Positions 9,601-18,295 of a DNA stretch of 64,000 nt are shown one piece after another (the stretch's first letter is position 1; every line of letters starts with the position of its first letter). A model generated the notes under the pieces. That model saw nothing but the letters and a program-made list of their open reading frames with translations. It did not search any database and was not told the origin of the DNA. The stretch comes from Owenweeksia hongkongensis DSM 17368 (GTDB lineage: Bacteria; Bacteroidota; Bacteroidia; Flavobacteriales; Schleiferiaceae). The stretch is taken from positions 8,196 through 72,195 of the forward strand of contig CAMDTE010000002.1 of assembly GCA_945907425.1 (NCBI GenBank). The letters run 5' to 3'. A program made the translations under genes and the position numbers.

Positions 9601-11923
9601 GGTCTTGTCCAAATCCTGAGCGACCTATGATTTCAAACTGAACATCGCCACCTAATACTGAAGCGGGGAGGGGTGCAGAAGAAGTCGTGAATATTCCAGG
9701 CGATGTGTTTCCAGATCCTGGTGTATTAAAATTCGTGCCAGACAACTTCACAAGTGTATCCCAAGCGGTAGCTGAAACTTTCTTAGCCCGAACCACCAAC
9801 ATATCATTAGGATAGGTCGCATTATATAAGTGGCTCCAGTCAATTTTCATTATATGCGCTGCGTTAGGAATGGTGATGGGCTGCGTTTGATACGTCGCCT
9901 TTCTTCCAGAAATCCAATTATAGAAATTAGCCCTCATGATTCCAGTGGTTGCTGGAGATACCCCAGCGGCAAGCCACATATCTCCAGTGCTCAATTGGTT
10001 CCAACAAGAAACGGGAAAAGTAGAAAAGTCCTGAACATAAGGAATCGTAGCAGAAACACACGGGGTGACAAATGTGGTAGACGCAGACCAAATGCTTGAG
10101 TCAGCTGCTGTACAGAATTCTTTTACTTGTACTTCATAAGTAGTGCCCGATGTCAACCCCGTCAAAGCCAAAGTGGCGGCTGTTTGTGTAGCTTTAGTCC
10201 ATATAGCTCCGGCCGTTGCTTTGTACCGCACCTTGTATGAAACAGGTGTATTAGTGGTAGTCCAAGAAGCGGATGCGGTCGTTGCTGAAGTAGCGCCGGC
10301 AGTAATTACTGCTGTTGCAATACAAGCGTTTGGAGTATACTCATCGGCACCGGCATCTGGGGTCGTGGTAGAACGAGCCTGTCCATCATAATCCAACAGA
10401 ACGGAGGCCAAAGGAGTTCCCATATTGTTTGCAATGGCATTTTGCACGTGCAAGTCATTGGTCGCGTAAAAATTCACCGTTCCAAAAACAGAGTTAGCAT
10501 CCCTAGCAACAGCCGTTTGCCAGGCTGCCAAGGTTGTATGGTTAATTGCGTTATAACGGAAAGGGTTCAGCACATTTCCATTATAAACGTTATTGTTCAA
10601 ATTAGAGATGGTTGCCAATCCAATAGCACTATTTATTTCAACCGCATACCCCAATCCCGTGTTCGAGAAGATATTGTTGCGAATATCCAAGTTCACCGGG
10701 CCGGCGACGGTTGTGTTCACATAGAGTGCCCTGGAGCCGGTTGCGCTACCTGTGTTTACAGAGACCGTGTTGTGGTAGATATTGGCATTGGAAGCGCCCA
10801 CTGGGTAAATACCATATGCGCTTCCGGTCGATGTCCCCGGCATTGAGATCAAATTATTGCTGATCTCCGAAGGCGCAACGACGGTTGCATTGACATTTGT
10901 GAAGTATATACCATAAGAACTAGACGACCCAGTTGCGTTGGAATTAATCTTATTGTTTCTGGCAATTAATTTGGTTGAGGCATTAGTCGTTGTGCCATTC
11001 GTGTAAAATAACCCGTAGTTAACTCCGGCAGCATAATTTATGACATTGTTTTCAAAAGTCAAATTATTTGCTACGAGATTCGCACAATATAATCCATAGT
11101 ATGCTCCATTGGCTGTATTATTTGAATAAATTATATTTCCGGCGGAGTAGTAGATATAATTGTAGTGTCCCGCCGTGTTTACTGTATTTAAAGTATTCCC
11201 CGTGATTTTTGGGTTTTTTGCATAATACGTATATATACCATAGTAAGTACTATTAATGGTGTTGTTGCGAATCCGAACGGAGTCGGCATTAGCCGAGGAG
11301 CTACCATAGATGTTTACACCATAGGAAATATTATTGAAGGTGTTTCCCTCAACCACCCATTTGCCGGTAGCGTATCCTGTTGAGGGAGTTGAGCCGTATC
11401 TCATCGCTGCCCAAACATTATTGGTATTGGTTCCGGCGTTGCCATTAAAGGTGTTTCCTAGCAATTGTATGTTAGCGCAAGAGCCGCCGTATTCAAACAA
11501 TGCGCCCGTGGCCTGCCCAACTACTGCCGTATTGGCAATGGTCAAATTCTGGAAGGTGATGTTGCTGGCTCCTGTCAGGCGAATAGTATAATTATTCGTC
11601 GAAGTGGCCGGAAACGTCAAAACTACTGCTGTCGTGGCCGTTGGGCTCTTTCGGAACGTAATAGTGTTTGTCGCGCTCGATCCAGTAATGGCGCCAATGC
11701 TGATTTGCTCATTATACGTGCCTGCGGAAACGTCAAAGGTTACCTGTCCGCTAATGCCGTTGAAAGACATTACCGAAACTGCAGCGGTGAATGACGGGAA
11801 GTTCGTCGCGCCAGACCCGACTGGGTTAATGGTGTACGTCCCGCTCAACGCTTGTGCAAACGCAGGCATTGTCAGCAAAATAGCTGTCAACATTCCTACG
11901 ATACGAAGTGTAAATTGCTTCAT
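6680..11923 (-). CDS. 1747-aa multidomain T9SS-secreted surface protein (parallel beta-helix repeats, Fn3, choice-of-anchor-like domains, three CBM-like modules, T9SS C-terminal sorting domain)
   Basis: Signal peptide MKQFTLRIVGMLTAILLTMPAFAQA. N-terminal N/T/G-rich beta-helix-like repeats. Fn3-like segment (SASWTTTNTPVSYKVRYK...TGLTSGTTYEVQVKEFC). Segments IPYVQDFSTFPVSCW and LPYTVNFNAGLPCNW. Three ~107-aa GNFQGWNP modules. C-terminal VSVFPNPTTGAFTIE...GVYFVRMTTDAGSSTLRVAVQR is typical of T9SS type-A sorting domains. Confidence 0.85.
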   Translation of the reverse strand: MKQFTLRIVGMLTAILLTMPAFAQALSGTYTINPVGSGATNFPSFTAAVSVMSFNGISGQVTFDVSAGTYNEQISIGAITGSSATNTITFRKSPTATTAVVLTFPATSTNNYTIRLTGASNITFQNLTIANTAVVGQATGALFEYGGSCANIQLLGNTFNGNAGTNTNNVWAAMRYGSTPSTGYATGKWVVEGNTFNNISYGVNIYGSSSANADSVRIRNNTINSTYYGIYTYYAKNPKITGNTLNTVNTAGHYNYIYYSAGNIIYSNNTANGAYYGLYCANLVANNLTFENNVINYAAGVNYGLFYTNGTTTNASTKLIARNNKINSNATGSSSSYGIYFTNVNATVVAPSEISNNLISMPGTSTGSAYGIYPVGASNANIYHNTVSVNTGSATGSRALYVNTTVAGPVNLDIRNNIFSNTGLGYAVEINSAIGLATISNLNNNVYNGNVLNPFRYNAINHTTLAAWQTAVARDANSVFGTVNFYATNDLHVQNAIANNMGTPLASVLLDYDGQARSTTTPDAGADEYTPNACIATAVITAGATSATTASASWTTTNTPVSYKVRYKATAGAIWTKATQTAATLALTGLTSGTTYEVQVKEFCTAADSSIWSASTTFVTPCVSATIPYVQDFSTFPVSCWNQLSTGDMWLAAGVSPATTGIMRANFYNWISGRKATYQTQPITIPNAAHIMKIDWSHLYNATYPNDMLVVRAKKVSATAWDTLVKLSGTNFNTPGSGNTSPGIFTTSSAPLPASVLGGDVQFEIIGRSGFGQDLFVDNFNVSAFVAPPTCPITNVPAVATVVTCGPQSVVLTATGGTTGQAVLWYDGTNELSGFGNTYNTPVLSANAIFLPRFVVRDNSAAAISGGPAGTLANPVGGFGNFTNGTWVTFNQAVFLDSVTVKADLGTVNFQVRLSAKAGTKTANTGAEIYLSNPISVTSATATGEMKRVYVGMTIPAGSYYLNLKFNVGTTGKLFRSTALPTGQTYPFALGTVGSIDSVQYGATGSNLRVYYLFNYKVSKACVGNPSVAHVTYAGIPSTALPYTVNFNAGLPCNWTKATIGAAWNVVASYGTASSLNGSKFAFIDDDGAGSTVNTNSSLISPVFAGLGYDTLKLKFDQYYFHYTGQKGYVELYAPNASGVMGWTKLDSMTATSGAWAAPVSKTYNITNYQSNDLQVRFRLYDGNTWGWYWAIDNFKILGTQSQTGKVRVQAITDIYGTEASWKIKGNVNKLTYAARGPWADITPYNVAAATHIDTVSLPLNGTYEFRFTDSYGDGLTDGTNIGGYTVDKLCLWGDVLIKSGTGAFVNDPGGATANIPSYDSAVFNMACVQPATYLVRVNMNQQTVSTNGVHIAGNFQGWNPATTAMTDANGDGVYEYTINTTMGAEIEYKFINGTAWGVDESVPTSCRYKNSWNRGDSITSAADTAATVCFAECSDCSANVTFQVNMSKVAVNSNGVHIAGNFQGWNPGATAMTDANGDSIYEVTVSVPSGMNLEFKYINGNAWGADESVPTACRVSGSWNRGYSATFVDDSLDVVCFAQCTNCTVDVTLVVDMNRELPISADGVHVAGNFQGWNPGATALTDANGDNVFEATVQVPINTTANYKFINGNSWASGVESLDANDGSCVVNDGGGNYNRSVAVAVADIAQDTVCFGRCVICGMNVDEQMGMVSVFPNPTTGAFTIERGIASGNVAITVMNVQGQVIETAEWVDGDATLRLEASNYAEGVYFVRMTTDAGSSTLRVAVQR
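6944..7933 (-). repeat. three tandem ~107-116-aa Cys-containing CBM/E-set-like modules inside the T9SS gene (units about 7613-7933, 7292-7612, 6944-7291)
   Basis: Protein repeats NGVHIAGNFQGWNP(A/G)(T/A)TAMTDANGD...(E/N)(Y/F)K(F/Y)INGxxW...VCFAxC. At DNA level GGGTTCCA(T/C)CCTTGGAAGTT(G/A)CCTGC recurs at about 7199, 7521 and 7841 (period ~320 nt). Confidence 0.9.
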
Positions 11924-12049
11924 GTTGGGATTTGTTTAGGTTGATTTTAAAGTGTTTGAAGGGCGAATATATTTAAAGTTTTTCAACAAACAATAGTTAA
12001 TAACACACTTTTTTCGCGCAAACCATCAAATTCATTAAAAAAAATTCGC

Positions 12050-12631
12050 TCACCCCCTGGGGGAATACCCTCCGTGAGCGCGCGGCCTGTTGGGCTCTGG
12101 TTCGTTGAGCGGCTCACACGCTATCAACGAATCGTGTGCTTCTGTAGGTAGACGCTGATACCACCCGGTTCCCTCTGTTTTCCAGGCCAGTTGATCGTCG
12201 GTCACTTCCTTAATGATTCTTGCAGGATTTCCCACCACCACGCTTCTTTTGGGAATCTCCATTCCGCTGGGGACAAAACACAGGGCGCCCACAATACTCT
12301 CTTCGCCAATCGACGCCTTGTCCATCAAAACGGCGTGCATCCCAATGAGCACATTCCTTCCCACGTGAGCGCCGTGCACAATGGCTCCGTGGCCTATATG
12401 GGCGGACTCCTCCAGGAGCACGTCGTATCCAGGGAAAACATGGATCACACAATTTTCTTGCACATTGGCCCCGTCTTTGACGATGATCCTGCCCCAGTCT
12501 CCGCGCAAAACGGCCCCGGGTCCTATATATACGTGTGCGCCAATCCACACATCGCCCGTCACGTTGGCTTGTGGATGGACAAAGGCCGTGGGATGAACAA
12601 TGGGCCGCAGTCCGTTGAAGCTGTAAAACAT
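12050..12631 (-). CDS. paaY: PaaY-like hexapeptide-repeat (gamma-carbonic-anhydrase-fold) protein
   Basis: 193 aa with left-handed beta-helix repeats (VTGDVWIGAHVYIGPGAVLRGD..., IGHGAIVHGAHVGRNVLIGMHAVLMD) plus a C-terminal extension. Sits directly downstream of the thiolase and paaI. Confidence 0.7.
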   Translation of the reverse strand: MFYSFNGLRPIVHPTAFVHPQANVTGDVWIGAHVYIGPGAVLRGDWGRIIVKDGANVQENCVIHVFPGYDVLLEESAHIGHGAIVHGAHVGRNVLIGMHAVLMDKASIGEESIVGALCFVPSGMEIPKRSVVVGNPARIIKEVTDDQLAWKTEGTGWYQRLPTEAHDSLIACEPLNEPEPNRPRAHGGYSPRG

Positions 12632-12632
12632 A

Positions 12633-13826
12633 TCAGGCCCTTTCTAAAACAACCGCATACCCTTGGCCCACCCCGATGCACATAGTGACCAGCGCATACC
12701 TTTTTTGTGAGGTGTGCAACTGACGAGCGGCGGTCAGTGCCAAACGAGCACCAGACATGCCCAAAGGGTGGCCCAAAGCAATGGCTCCGCCGTTGGGGTT
12801 GATTCGGTCGTCCAAATCGTCTAATCGAAACGCTCGGGTGCATGCGATCGCTTGTGCGGCAAACGCTTCGTTGAGCTCGATAAGGTCCATGTCCTGTAGG
12901 GTTAGTCCCGCCTTTTGGAGCGCCTTCTCAGACGCGGGGACGGGACCTATTCCCATGGTGCGCGGCTCCACCCCGGCCACCCCGCTGGAAACGACTCGGG
13001 CTAAGGGCTGCAACCGGTGATCCTTTAGCCCTTGGGCGCTGGCTATCAACAAAGCGGCCGCTCCGTCGTTCAGTCCGCTGGAGTTTCCGGCGGTCACCGT
13101 TCCGCCGCTCGGACGAAAGGCCGGCTTGAGGCCGGCAAGTCCCTCTCCTGTTGTGGCGGGCTTGATGAACTCATCCGTGGAAAAAAGAACAGGGTCTCCT
13201 TTTCGCTGGGGCAAAGGCACGGCGCCGATTTCTCCCGCTAAAAATGTCTGCGCCGCCGCCGCGCGTTGCTGGCTTCTTACGGCAAATGCATCTTGGTCTT
13301 CTCGAGAAATGCCGTACAGGTCCACCAAATTTTCGGCTGTTTCTCCCATAGCGTCGGTGCCGTAAAGTTCTTTCATTTTGGGGTTGACAAATCGCCATCC
13401 AAAACTAGAATCGAACAACTGATTGTCTGTCCCAAAGGCTTTGGATGATTTGCTCATCACGAAAGGGGCGCGGGTCATGTGTTCCACGCCTCCCGCTACA
13501 AACAAGTCCCCGTCACCGTTGGCTATGGCGCGCACGGCGCTTTGGACGGCGCTTAATCCAGAGGCACACAATCGATTGATCGTCTCTCCTGGCACCGTAA
13601 GAGGATATCCCGCGAGCAGGGACGCCATGCGGGCCACGTTGCGATTGTCTTCTCCTGCCTGATTGGCGCACCCCAGGATCACATCGGCAACGGCTGCAAA
13701 ATCTACGGCTGCATGACGCTCTTTCAACAAGCGCAATGCGTGCGCGGCCAAATCATCTGTGCGCACAGAAGAAAGACTTCCTCCAAAAGAGCCAATCGGT
13801 GTGCGTATTCCATCTACTATATACAT
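12633..13826 (-). CDS. acetyl-CoA C-acyltransferase (thiolase), PaaJ/PcaF-like 3-oxoadipyl-CoA thiolase
   Basis: 397 aa. Thiolase motifs [32 protein letters not shown] and [14 protein letters not shown]. Confidence 0.85.
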   Translation of the reverse strand: MYIVDGIRTPIGSFGGSLSSVRTDDLAAHALRLLKERHAAVDFAAVADVILGCANQAGEDNRNVARMASLLAGYPLTVPGETINRLCASGLSAVQSAVRAIANGDGDLFVAGGVEHMTRAPFVMSKSSKAFGTDNQLFDSSFGWRFVNPKMKELYGTDAMGETAENLVDLYGISREDQDAFAVRSQQRAAAAQTFLAGEIGAVPLPQRKGDPVLFSTDEFIKPATTGEGLAGLKPAFRPSGGTVTAGNSSGLNDGAAALLIASAQGLKDHRLQPLARVVSSGVAGVEPRTMGIGPVPASEKALQKAGLTLQDMDLIELNEAFAAQAIACTRAFRLDDLDDRINPNGGAIALGHPLGMSGARLALTAARQLHTSQKRYALVTMCIGVGQGYAVVLERA

Positions 13827-13831
13827 ATCGT

Positions 13832-14272
13832 CTATTGATTGTCCTGGGCTGGGTCGAGCGCCCAGGCGTCGGGTTTAATAAAAACGGTTCCGTGAAAAAG
13901 GGCCACGGTCTTGTTGTTTTGGTTGAGCACTCGCACCGTGTATCGTCCCAATCGCTGACTGCGATGGTCTTCTGTTGCTGTAGCCGTCAACACATCGCCC
14001 GGAAATACAGGGACGGTATGGGCAATGGACGTTTCGATGGAAACCGCGTGCTGTCCTCTACTATTGGAGGCAAAGGCAAAAGCGGAATCGGCAAGACTGA
14101 ACGTGATTCCTCCATGGGCCACGCCAAAACCATTGGTCATTTCAGGCCGCACGGTGGCCCTCAAGGTGCACGCTCCCTCACTCACGGAAAGACACTCCAC
14201 CCCTAGCCATTGACTGAACAAGTCGTTGGACAACATGCGGTTTAAAATATCGATCGGTGTCATGAGGGTCAT
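13832..14272 (-). CDS. paaI: PaaI-family hot-dog thioesterase
   Basis: 146 aa. NGFGVAHGGITFSLADSAFAFASN is typical of the PaaI/4HBT class. Adjacent to the thiolase. Confidence 0.75.
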   Translation of the reverse strand: MTLMTPIDILNRMLSNDLFSQWLGVECLSVSEGACTLRATVRPEMTNGFGVAHGGITFSLADSAFAFASNSRGQHAVSIETSIAHTVPVFPGDVLTATATEDHRSQRLGRYTVRVLNQNNKTVALFHGTVFIKPDAWALDPAQDNQ

Positions 14273-14766
14273 TCGTCGTTCGTTTTGGATTCCGTTTCTA
14301 TGGCTTCCTCAAAGGCGCCAATCAATACATCTACTAAAACCAGCAGGTTGTGTTGTTGTACCTCGTCTTGCGGCAGCCCCCTTCGCAATTCTTGGTGAAG
14401 AAACGCTTGCAGTTCTTGGAAAACAAAGGGGGATCGGGATGATTTTGCCAATTCGTTTAACTCCAGCTTATCCGCTTCAGAGAGGCCCTCTATTTGCGAA
14501 GTAACATCGTCGATGGCCACCTGCAGCATGTGGTGAGAAATAAGCCCTACGGAAACGGCGGCCCGTCGAAAGCTCTCGTTCAAAACCAACACGGTCCGCA
14601 TCAGAGCATCGTGCTCGTCGTCCTCAAAATCATCGGAAAGATTGATTAGAAATCCCGTAAGGTGGGGCTGTTCGTCTAAAAACAAGGCCAACACAGCAGC
14701 GTATTGTTCTTCCGTTAACTCCCGCAAATACTGGGCAGACTGAGAAAAAAAGGAGGTGTGGTTCAC
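14269..14766 (-). CDS. hypothetical acidic 165-aa protein
   Basis: ORF with ATGA overlaps at both ends (14269-14272 and 14763-14766). No family recognised. Predicted helical and D/E-rich (DDFEDDEHDAL, C-terminal EEAIETESKTNDE). Confidence 0.6.
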   Translation of the reverse strand: MNHTSFFSQSAQYLRELTEEQYAAVLALFLDEQPHLTGFLINLSDDFEDDEHDALMRTVLVLNESFRRAAVSVGLISHHMLQVAIDDVTSQIEGLSEADKLELNELAKSSRSPFVFQELQAFLHQELRRGLPQDEVQQHNLLVLVDVLIGAFEEAIETESKTNDE

Positions 14767-16196
14767 GGGGCGGAAGGGATAGGTGAATGGGCATCAAAAA
14801 GGTACAACAAGGCGCTCATTGCGGCGGCACCCAATTCCAATTCGCGCGGATGGATAGATTCTATTCGGTCTTGTGCTGTATGATGGTAATCAAAATACCG
14901 CTGGGTATCCACGGAGAGACCTGCCAAAAACGCTCCCTGTCCGGCCAACTGACCTACGTCTGCCCCTGAGCCTCCTACAGAAAAAGAAAGCAATCCATAG
15001 GGCGCTACATAGGGCTGGAATTTTTGCAGCGCAGAACGGGCCACTTCGTTTTCAAAAGAAAAACCACGGGGAGATCCAGAGCCGCCGTCTGATTCTATGG
15101 CCAGGGCGTGTTTCTCCTTTTTTTCCAACGCATTTGCCGCATAGTGCATCCCTCCGACCAGTCCGAATTCTTCGTTTGCAAACAAAACCACCCGGTGTGT
15201 TCTGTGGGGTTGATACCCGAGTTTTTTTAAGAGATACAGTGCGTGCATGCTCTGTACTGAGCCGGCTCCGTCGTCTTGAGCGCCTGTGCCCAAATCCCAG
15301 CTGTCCAAATGCCCTCCCGCAACGACGATTTCCTCTAGCTTGTCTGAACCGCGCCATTCGGCAATGACATTGTACGACGTGCACGTCCCTACCGTGTGGG
15401 CCCCAAGCAATAGGGACACCTCTGTGGTTGGGTCTTTTGCTAAAAGTGTGTGGAGCGCTTCCGCGTCGAGCGTACTGATGCCTGCTGCTGGGATTTTATT
15501 TTTTTCCTCCCCGTAGCTCATGACTCCTGTATGGGGGAAGTCGTCCAAAGACAGGGTCATGGACCGTACCAAGACGGCCACGGCTCCGTGTTTACTCGCT
15601 TCCATCGCTCCCGCCCAGCGTTGGTCAACCGCCCTGCCGTAGGCTGATCCTGTATTGATATAGGTCGGATCCATGGGGCGATTGTAAAAAACGATTTTGC
15701 CTTTTATTTTGCCCGCGGCAGCCAAATCGTCTAACTCTTGAAACGACAAGACCTCCACCACTTGCGCGCGAAGACCTTTGCCCTTGTCTCCTCCGGGGGT
15801 GGATTCACTCCCTCCTAGGGCTGCAATGCTGAGGGAGATTTTCTTACCTCCTGAATGGGCTCTCGCCCAAGCGTCGCCGCGGATCCAATGTGTGTTCCCC
15901 GTCACCGTTTGTGTATAAACTGTGTCAAACCCTAGCGTATCCAGTGTCTGTTTGGCCCACTTCACCGCCGCCGCATCCCCCGGAGAACACGCCAATCGAG
16001 GGCCCACCGTGGCGCATAGATCCGATAGCCACTGGTGGCCTTGCTTTGCAGAAAGCGCTTCAGAGTAAATGGCCCGCACAAAGGCTGTATGTGTGGAGTC
16101 TTGTGTTGGGGCGGGGATTGATTGGCCGTGCACCTCTCCGCAAAAAAGAAAAAGCAGCAGCGCTAAGATTCCTTGTGTTCTATTTTTTCGTTCCAT
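14763..16196 (-). CDS. M28-family metallo-aminopeptidase, secreted
   Basis: Zinc-ligand contexts GGHLDSWDLGTGAQDDGAGS and LFANEEFGLVG. Signal peptide MERKNRTQGILALLLFLFCGEVHG from ATG 16196; the track start 16343 lies deep inside mutS2. 34-nt overlap with the mutS2 3' end. Confidence 0.8.
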   Translation of the reverse strand: MERKNRTQGILALLLFLFCGEVHGQSIPAPTQDSTHTAFVRAIYSEALSAKQGHQWLSDLCATVGPRLACSPGDAAAVKWAKQTLDTLGFDTVYTQTVTGNTHWIRGDAWARAHSGGKKISLSIAALGGSESTPGGDKGKGLRAQVVEVLSFQELDDLAAAGKIKGKIVFYNRPMDPTYINTGSAYGRAVDQRWAGAMEASKHGAVAVLVRSMTLSLDDFPHTGVMSYGEEKNKIPAAGISTLDAEALHTLLAKDPTTEVSLLLGAHTVGTCTSYNVIAEWRGSDKLEEIVVAGGHLDSWDLGTGAQDDGAGSVQSMHALYLLKKLGYQPHRTHRVVLFANEEFGLVGGMHYAANALEKKEKHALAIESDGGSGSPRGFSFENEVARSALQKFQPYVAPYGLLSFSVGGSGADVGQLAGQGAFLAGLSVDTQRYFDYHHTAQDRIESIHPRELELGAAAMSALLYLFDAHSPIPSAP

Positions 16197-18292
16197 GGAA
16201 TAAATTGTTGTCGGCTCACCCAGGCAGATAAGTTTCCTAGGCCTACAAGGTACTTGTCTTTCTTGATTTCCAAAACCTGCCCCGGCACTTTGCCGCCGTT
16301 TAGCATGCGTATCTTGTCCCCTGCCCGCACGGGCAACGACCACAAGTGTTCCAGTCTGGCTCGTTTTTCTGCTTGCGCTTTGGTTTCTGCTTTTTTTGCG
16401 CTTTTTTGTACGCGCCCCGCTTTTTCAGCGAAAAGTTTCGTCACCTCCTGCAAGGCCTCTTGTCTGGCTTTAGGGCCTTTGGCCGCCGCGTACTGTTTGG
16501 CCGTTTGCTCAAACCTCCGCCCCCACGCCATTCGGTCCGCTTGTTCTGTATTGGCTGCTCCGATCCGTGAAAGCTTGTCCTCCAATTTTGCGATGCGGCT
16601 CGATTGATCTTCTTTGAGCGATTCGAGCTCGTGCAATCGTTTTCCCAGTTCTGTTTGGGATCGATCCAGTGCGCTTCGTTGCTTTTGCAAGGACACCAAG
16701 AGTCGGTCCATGTTCCGTGTTTGTTCGGTAAGTGTCTCCTTGGCCGATTGCAGCAGCGCCTTGGGCAATCCTACCTTTTCCGCCACTTCAAAGGTGTAGC
16801 TGCTGCCCGGTTCGCCCATGTGCAAGCGGTAATGGGGCTCAAAAGACCGAACATCAAACTCCATGTTGGCGTTGGTGGCCTCCGGCAGCTCTCCCGCTAA
16901 CGCTTTGATGGAATTGTAATGGGTAGTAAACACCCCCAAGGTGCCGGAATCGTGCAGTTGTCGCAAAAAAATCTGCGCCAAAGCACTTCCTAAATCGGGA
17001 TCTGAACCGCTGCCAAACTCATCAATCAAACACAAGCTTGCGTCGCTCGCGTGGGTGAGAATATATTTCATTTTGGTCAGTTTGGCCGAGTAGGTGCTCA
17101 GTTCGTTTTCTACGCTTTGTGCGTCGCCAATGTCTACCAAGATCTTCTCCATCCACCGCAAAACGCTGCTCGGATGTACCGGCACCAGCAACCCGCTTTG
17201 CAGCATCAATTGCAAAAGCCCCACGGTTTTAAGGGCCAACGATTTGCCTCCGGCGTTGGGTCCGGAAATGACCACCAGGCGGAATGTGTCGCCCACAACA
17301 AGGGTGAGCGGCTCTACTTTTTTGTTCCGCGCTGTTTGCGCTCTTTTCAGCACAGGATTGATGGCCTTGACGATGCAAACCGGGGCGTACGGCTTTTGTC
17401 GCGCTATGTGTGGCAGACAACATCCCTCTTCCAGCGCAAACCGCGCTTTTGCGTTCAGAAAATCCAAGTCTACGAGCCGCTCAAAAGCGGCGAACAATGT
17501 CGCCCGAAAAGGGGATAGTTGAGCGGTAAGCGCCTTGAGTATGCGCCGAATTTCTTTGCCCTCCTCTTCCATCAATACGGACACTTCGTTGTTGATCGCA
17601 AGGCATTCCGACGGTTCCAAATACACCAACGACTGTTTAGAGGACGCGCCGTGGAACGTTCCTCGCGCCTTGTTTTTATGGGCTGCTTGCAAGGCCAAAA
17701 CGCGCCGATCATTGGCTACGCTTTCCTTGATTTCTCCCAACCACCCGTCGGTGTCGTACCGCCGCATGGCCTTGTAAAATAGGCGATCTGCCGATGCTCG
17801 TTTGCGGTGGAGTCCGTGCCGAATGTTTGTCAGCTCCTGACTCGCTGATGTTTTTACCTCTCCGGTGCGCTCTAACACTCGTTCTATCCAGAGCGGAACC
17901 TCGTCTGCGGGGGGTGTTGATTCCAACAACTCTACCACGGCGGGCATGTCCAGCCGGTGGAGCAAACAAAATCGAAACGCCGACTGATAACTCTCTGTCT
18001 GTGCTTTGAGGGCCATCAATTGCTCTGTGCTCAACACCGCGTCCCGCACGCGCAAAAGAGCCAAAGCGCGTGAAGTGTCCGCCGTAGCCACCGCGGGCAA
18101 ACAATGCCCTCTTTGGTAAAGCGTCAACATTTGATCTGTGCGGCGCAGCTCGTCCGCCATTTTTTCAAAGTGAAAAACCGGGGCCAGCGAAAGAATTCTT
18201 TCGCGTGCCTGCGGCGTCGCGGCTCTCTCTGCCACCACCGCCTTGAGGGCTGTAAAATCTAAACTATCGGCAGCGTCCGAAGGATAAAGCAT
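16163..18292 (-). CDS. mutS2: MutS2-family ATPase (MutS domain V), no recognisable Smr domain
   Basis: 709 aa. Walker A VISGPNAGGKSLALKTVG, Walker B LCLIDEFGSGSDP, a long coiled-coil, and a C-terminus LPVRAGDKIRMLNGGKVPGQVLEIKKDKYLVGLG (KOW-like) with no HGxGxG Smr signature. Confidence 0.75.
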   Translation of the reverse strand: MLYPSDAADSLDFTALKAVVAERAATPQARERILSLAPVFHFEKMADELRRTDQMLTLYQRGHCLPAVATADTSRALALLRVRDAVLSTEQLMALKAQTESYQSAFRFCLLHRLDMPAVVELLESTPPADEVPLWIERVLERTGEVKTSASQELTNIRHGLHRKRASADRLFYKAMRRYDTDGWLGEIKESVANDRRVLALQAAHKNKARGTFHGASSKQSLVYLEPSECLAINNEVSVLMEEEGKEIRRILKALTAQLSPFRATLFAAFERLVDLDFLNAKARFALEEGCCLPHIARQKPYAPVCIVKAINPVLKRAQTARNKKVEPLTLVVGDTFRLVVISGPNAGGKSLALKTVGLLQLMLQSGLLVPVHPSSVLRWMEKILVDIGDAQSVENELSTYSAKLTKMKYILTHASDASLCLIDEFGSGSDPDLGSALAQIFLRQLHDSGTLGVFTTHYNSIKALAGELPEATNANMEFDVRSFEPHYRLHMGEPGSSYTFEVAEKVGLPKALLQSAKETLTEQTRNMDRLLVSLQKQRSALDRSQTELGKRLHELESLKEDQSSRIAKLEDKLSRIGAANTEQADRMAWGRRFEQTAKQYAAAKGPKARQEALQEVTKLFAEKAGRVQKSAKKAETKAQAEKRARLEHLWSLPVRAGDKIRMLNGGKVPGQVLEIKKDKYLVGLGNLSAWVSRQQFIPWNEKIEHKES

Positions 18293-18295
18293 CCT

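Noticed and set aside
12037-12063. CCCCCTGGGGG palindrome plus A-run at the paaY 3' end as an intrinsic terminator
   Set aside because: The stem would be only 4-5 bp with a 1-3-nt loop. It lies partly inside the coding sequence and is separated from the T-run by 8 nt, so it is too weak to call.
1280-14272. Interpreting paaZ, paaY, the paaJ-like thiolase, paaI and the crotonase as a complete phenylacetate catabolic cluster
   Set aside because: The defining paaABCDE oxygenase and paaK ligase are absent from the window. The Paa-like genes are split into two groups separated by a peptidase and a 5.2-kb surface-protein gene. Only the family-level calls are supported.
16163-16343. Upstream extension of the M28 peptidase ORF, or a frameshift or pseudogene at the mutS2/M28 junction
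   Set aside because: Both frames are intact. The M28 protein gains a canonical signal peptide from ATG 16196, and the extension is R/G-rich and lies inside mutS2. A 34-nt overlap is sufficient explanation.
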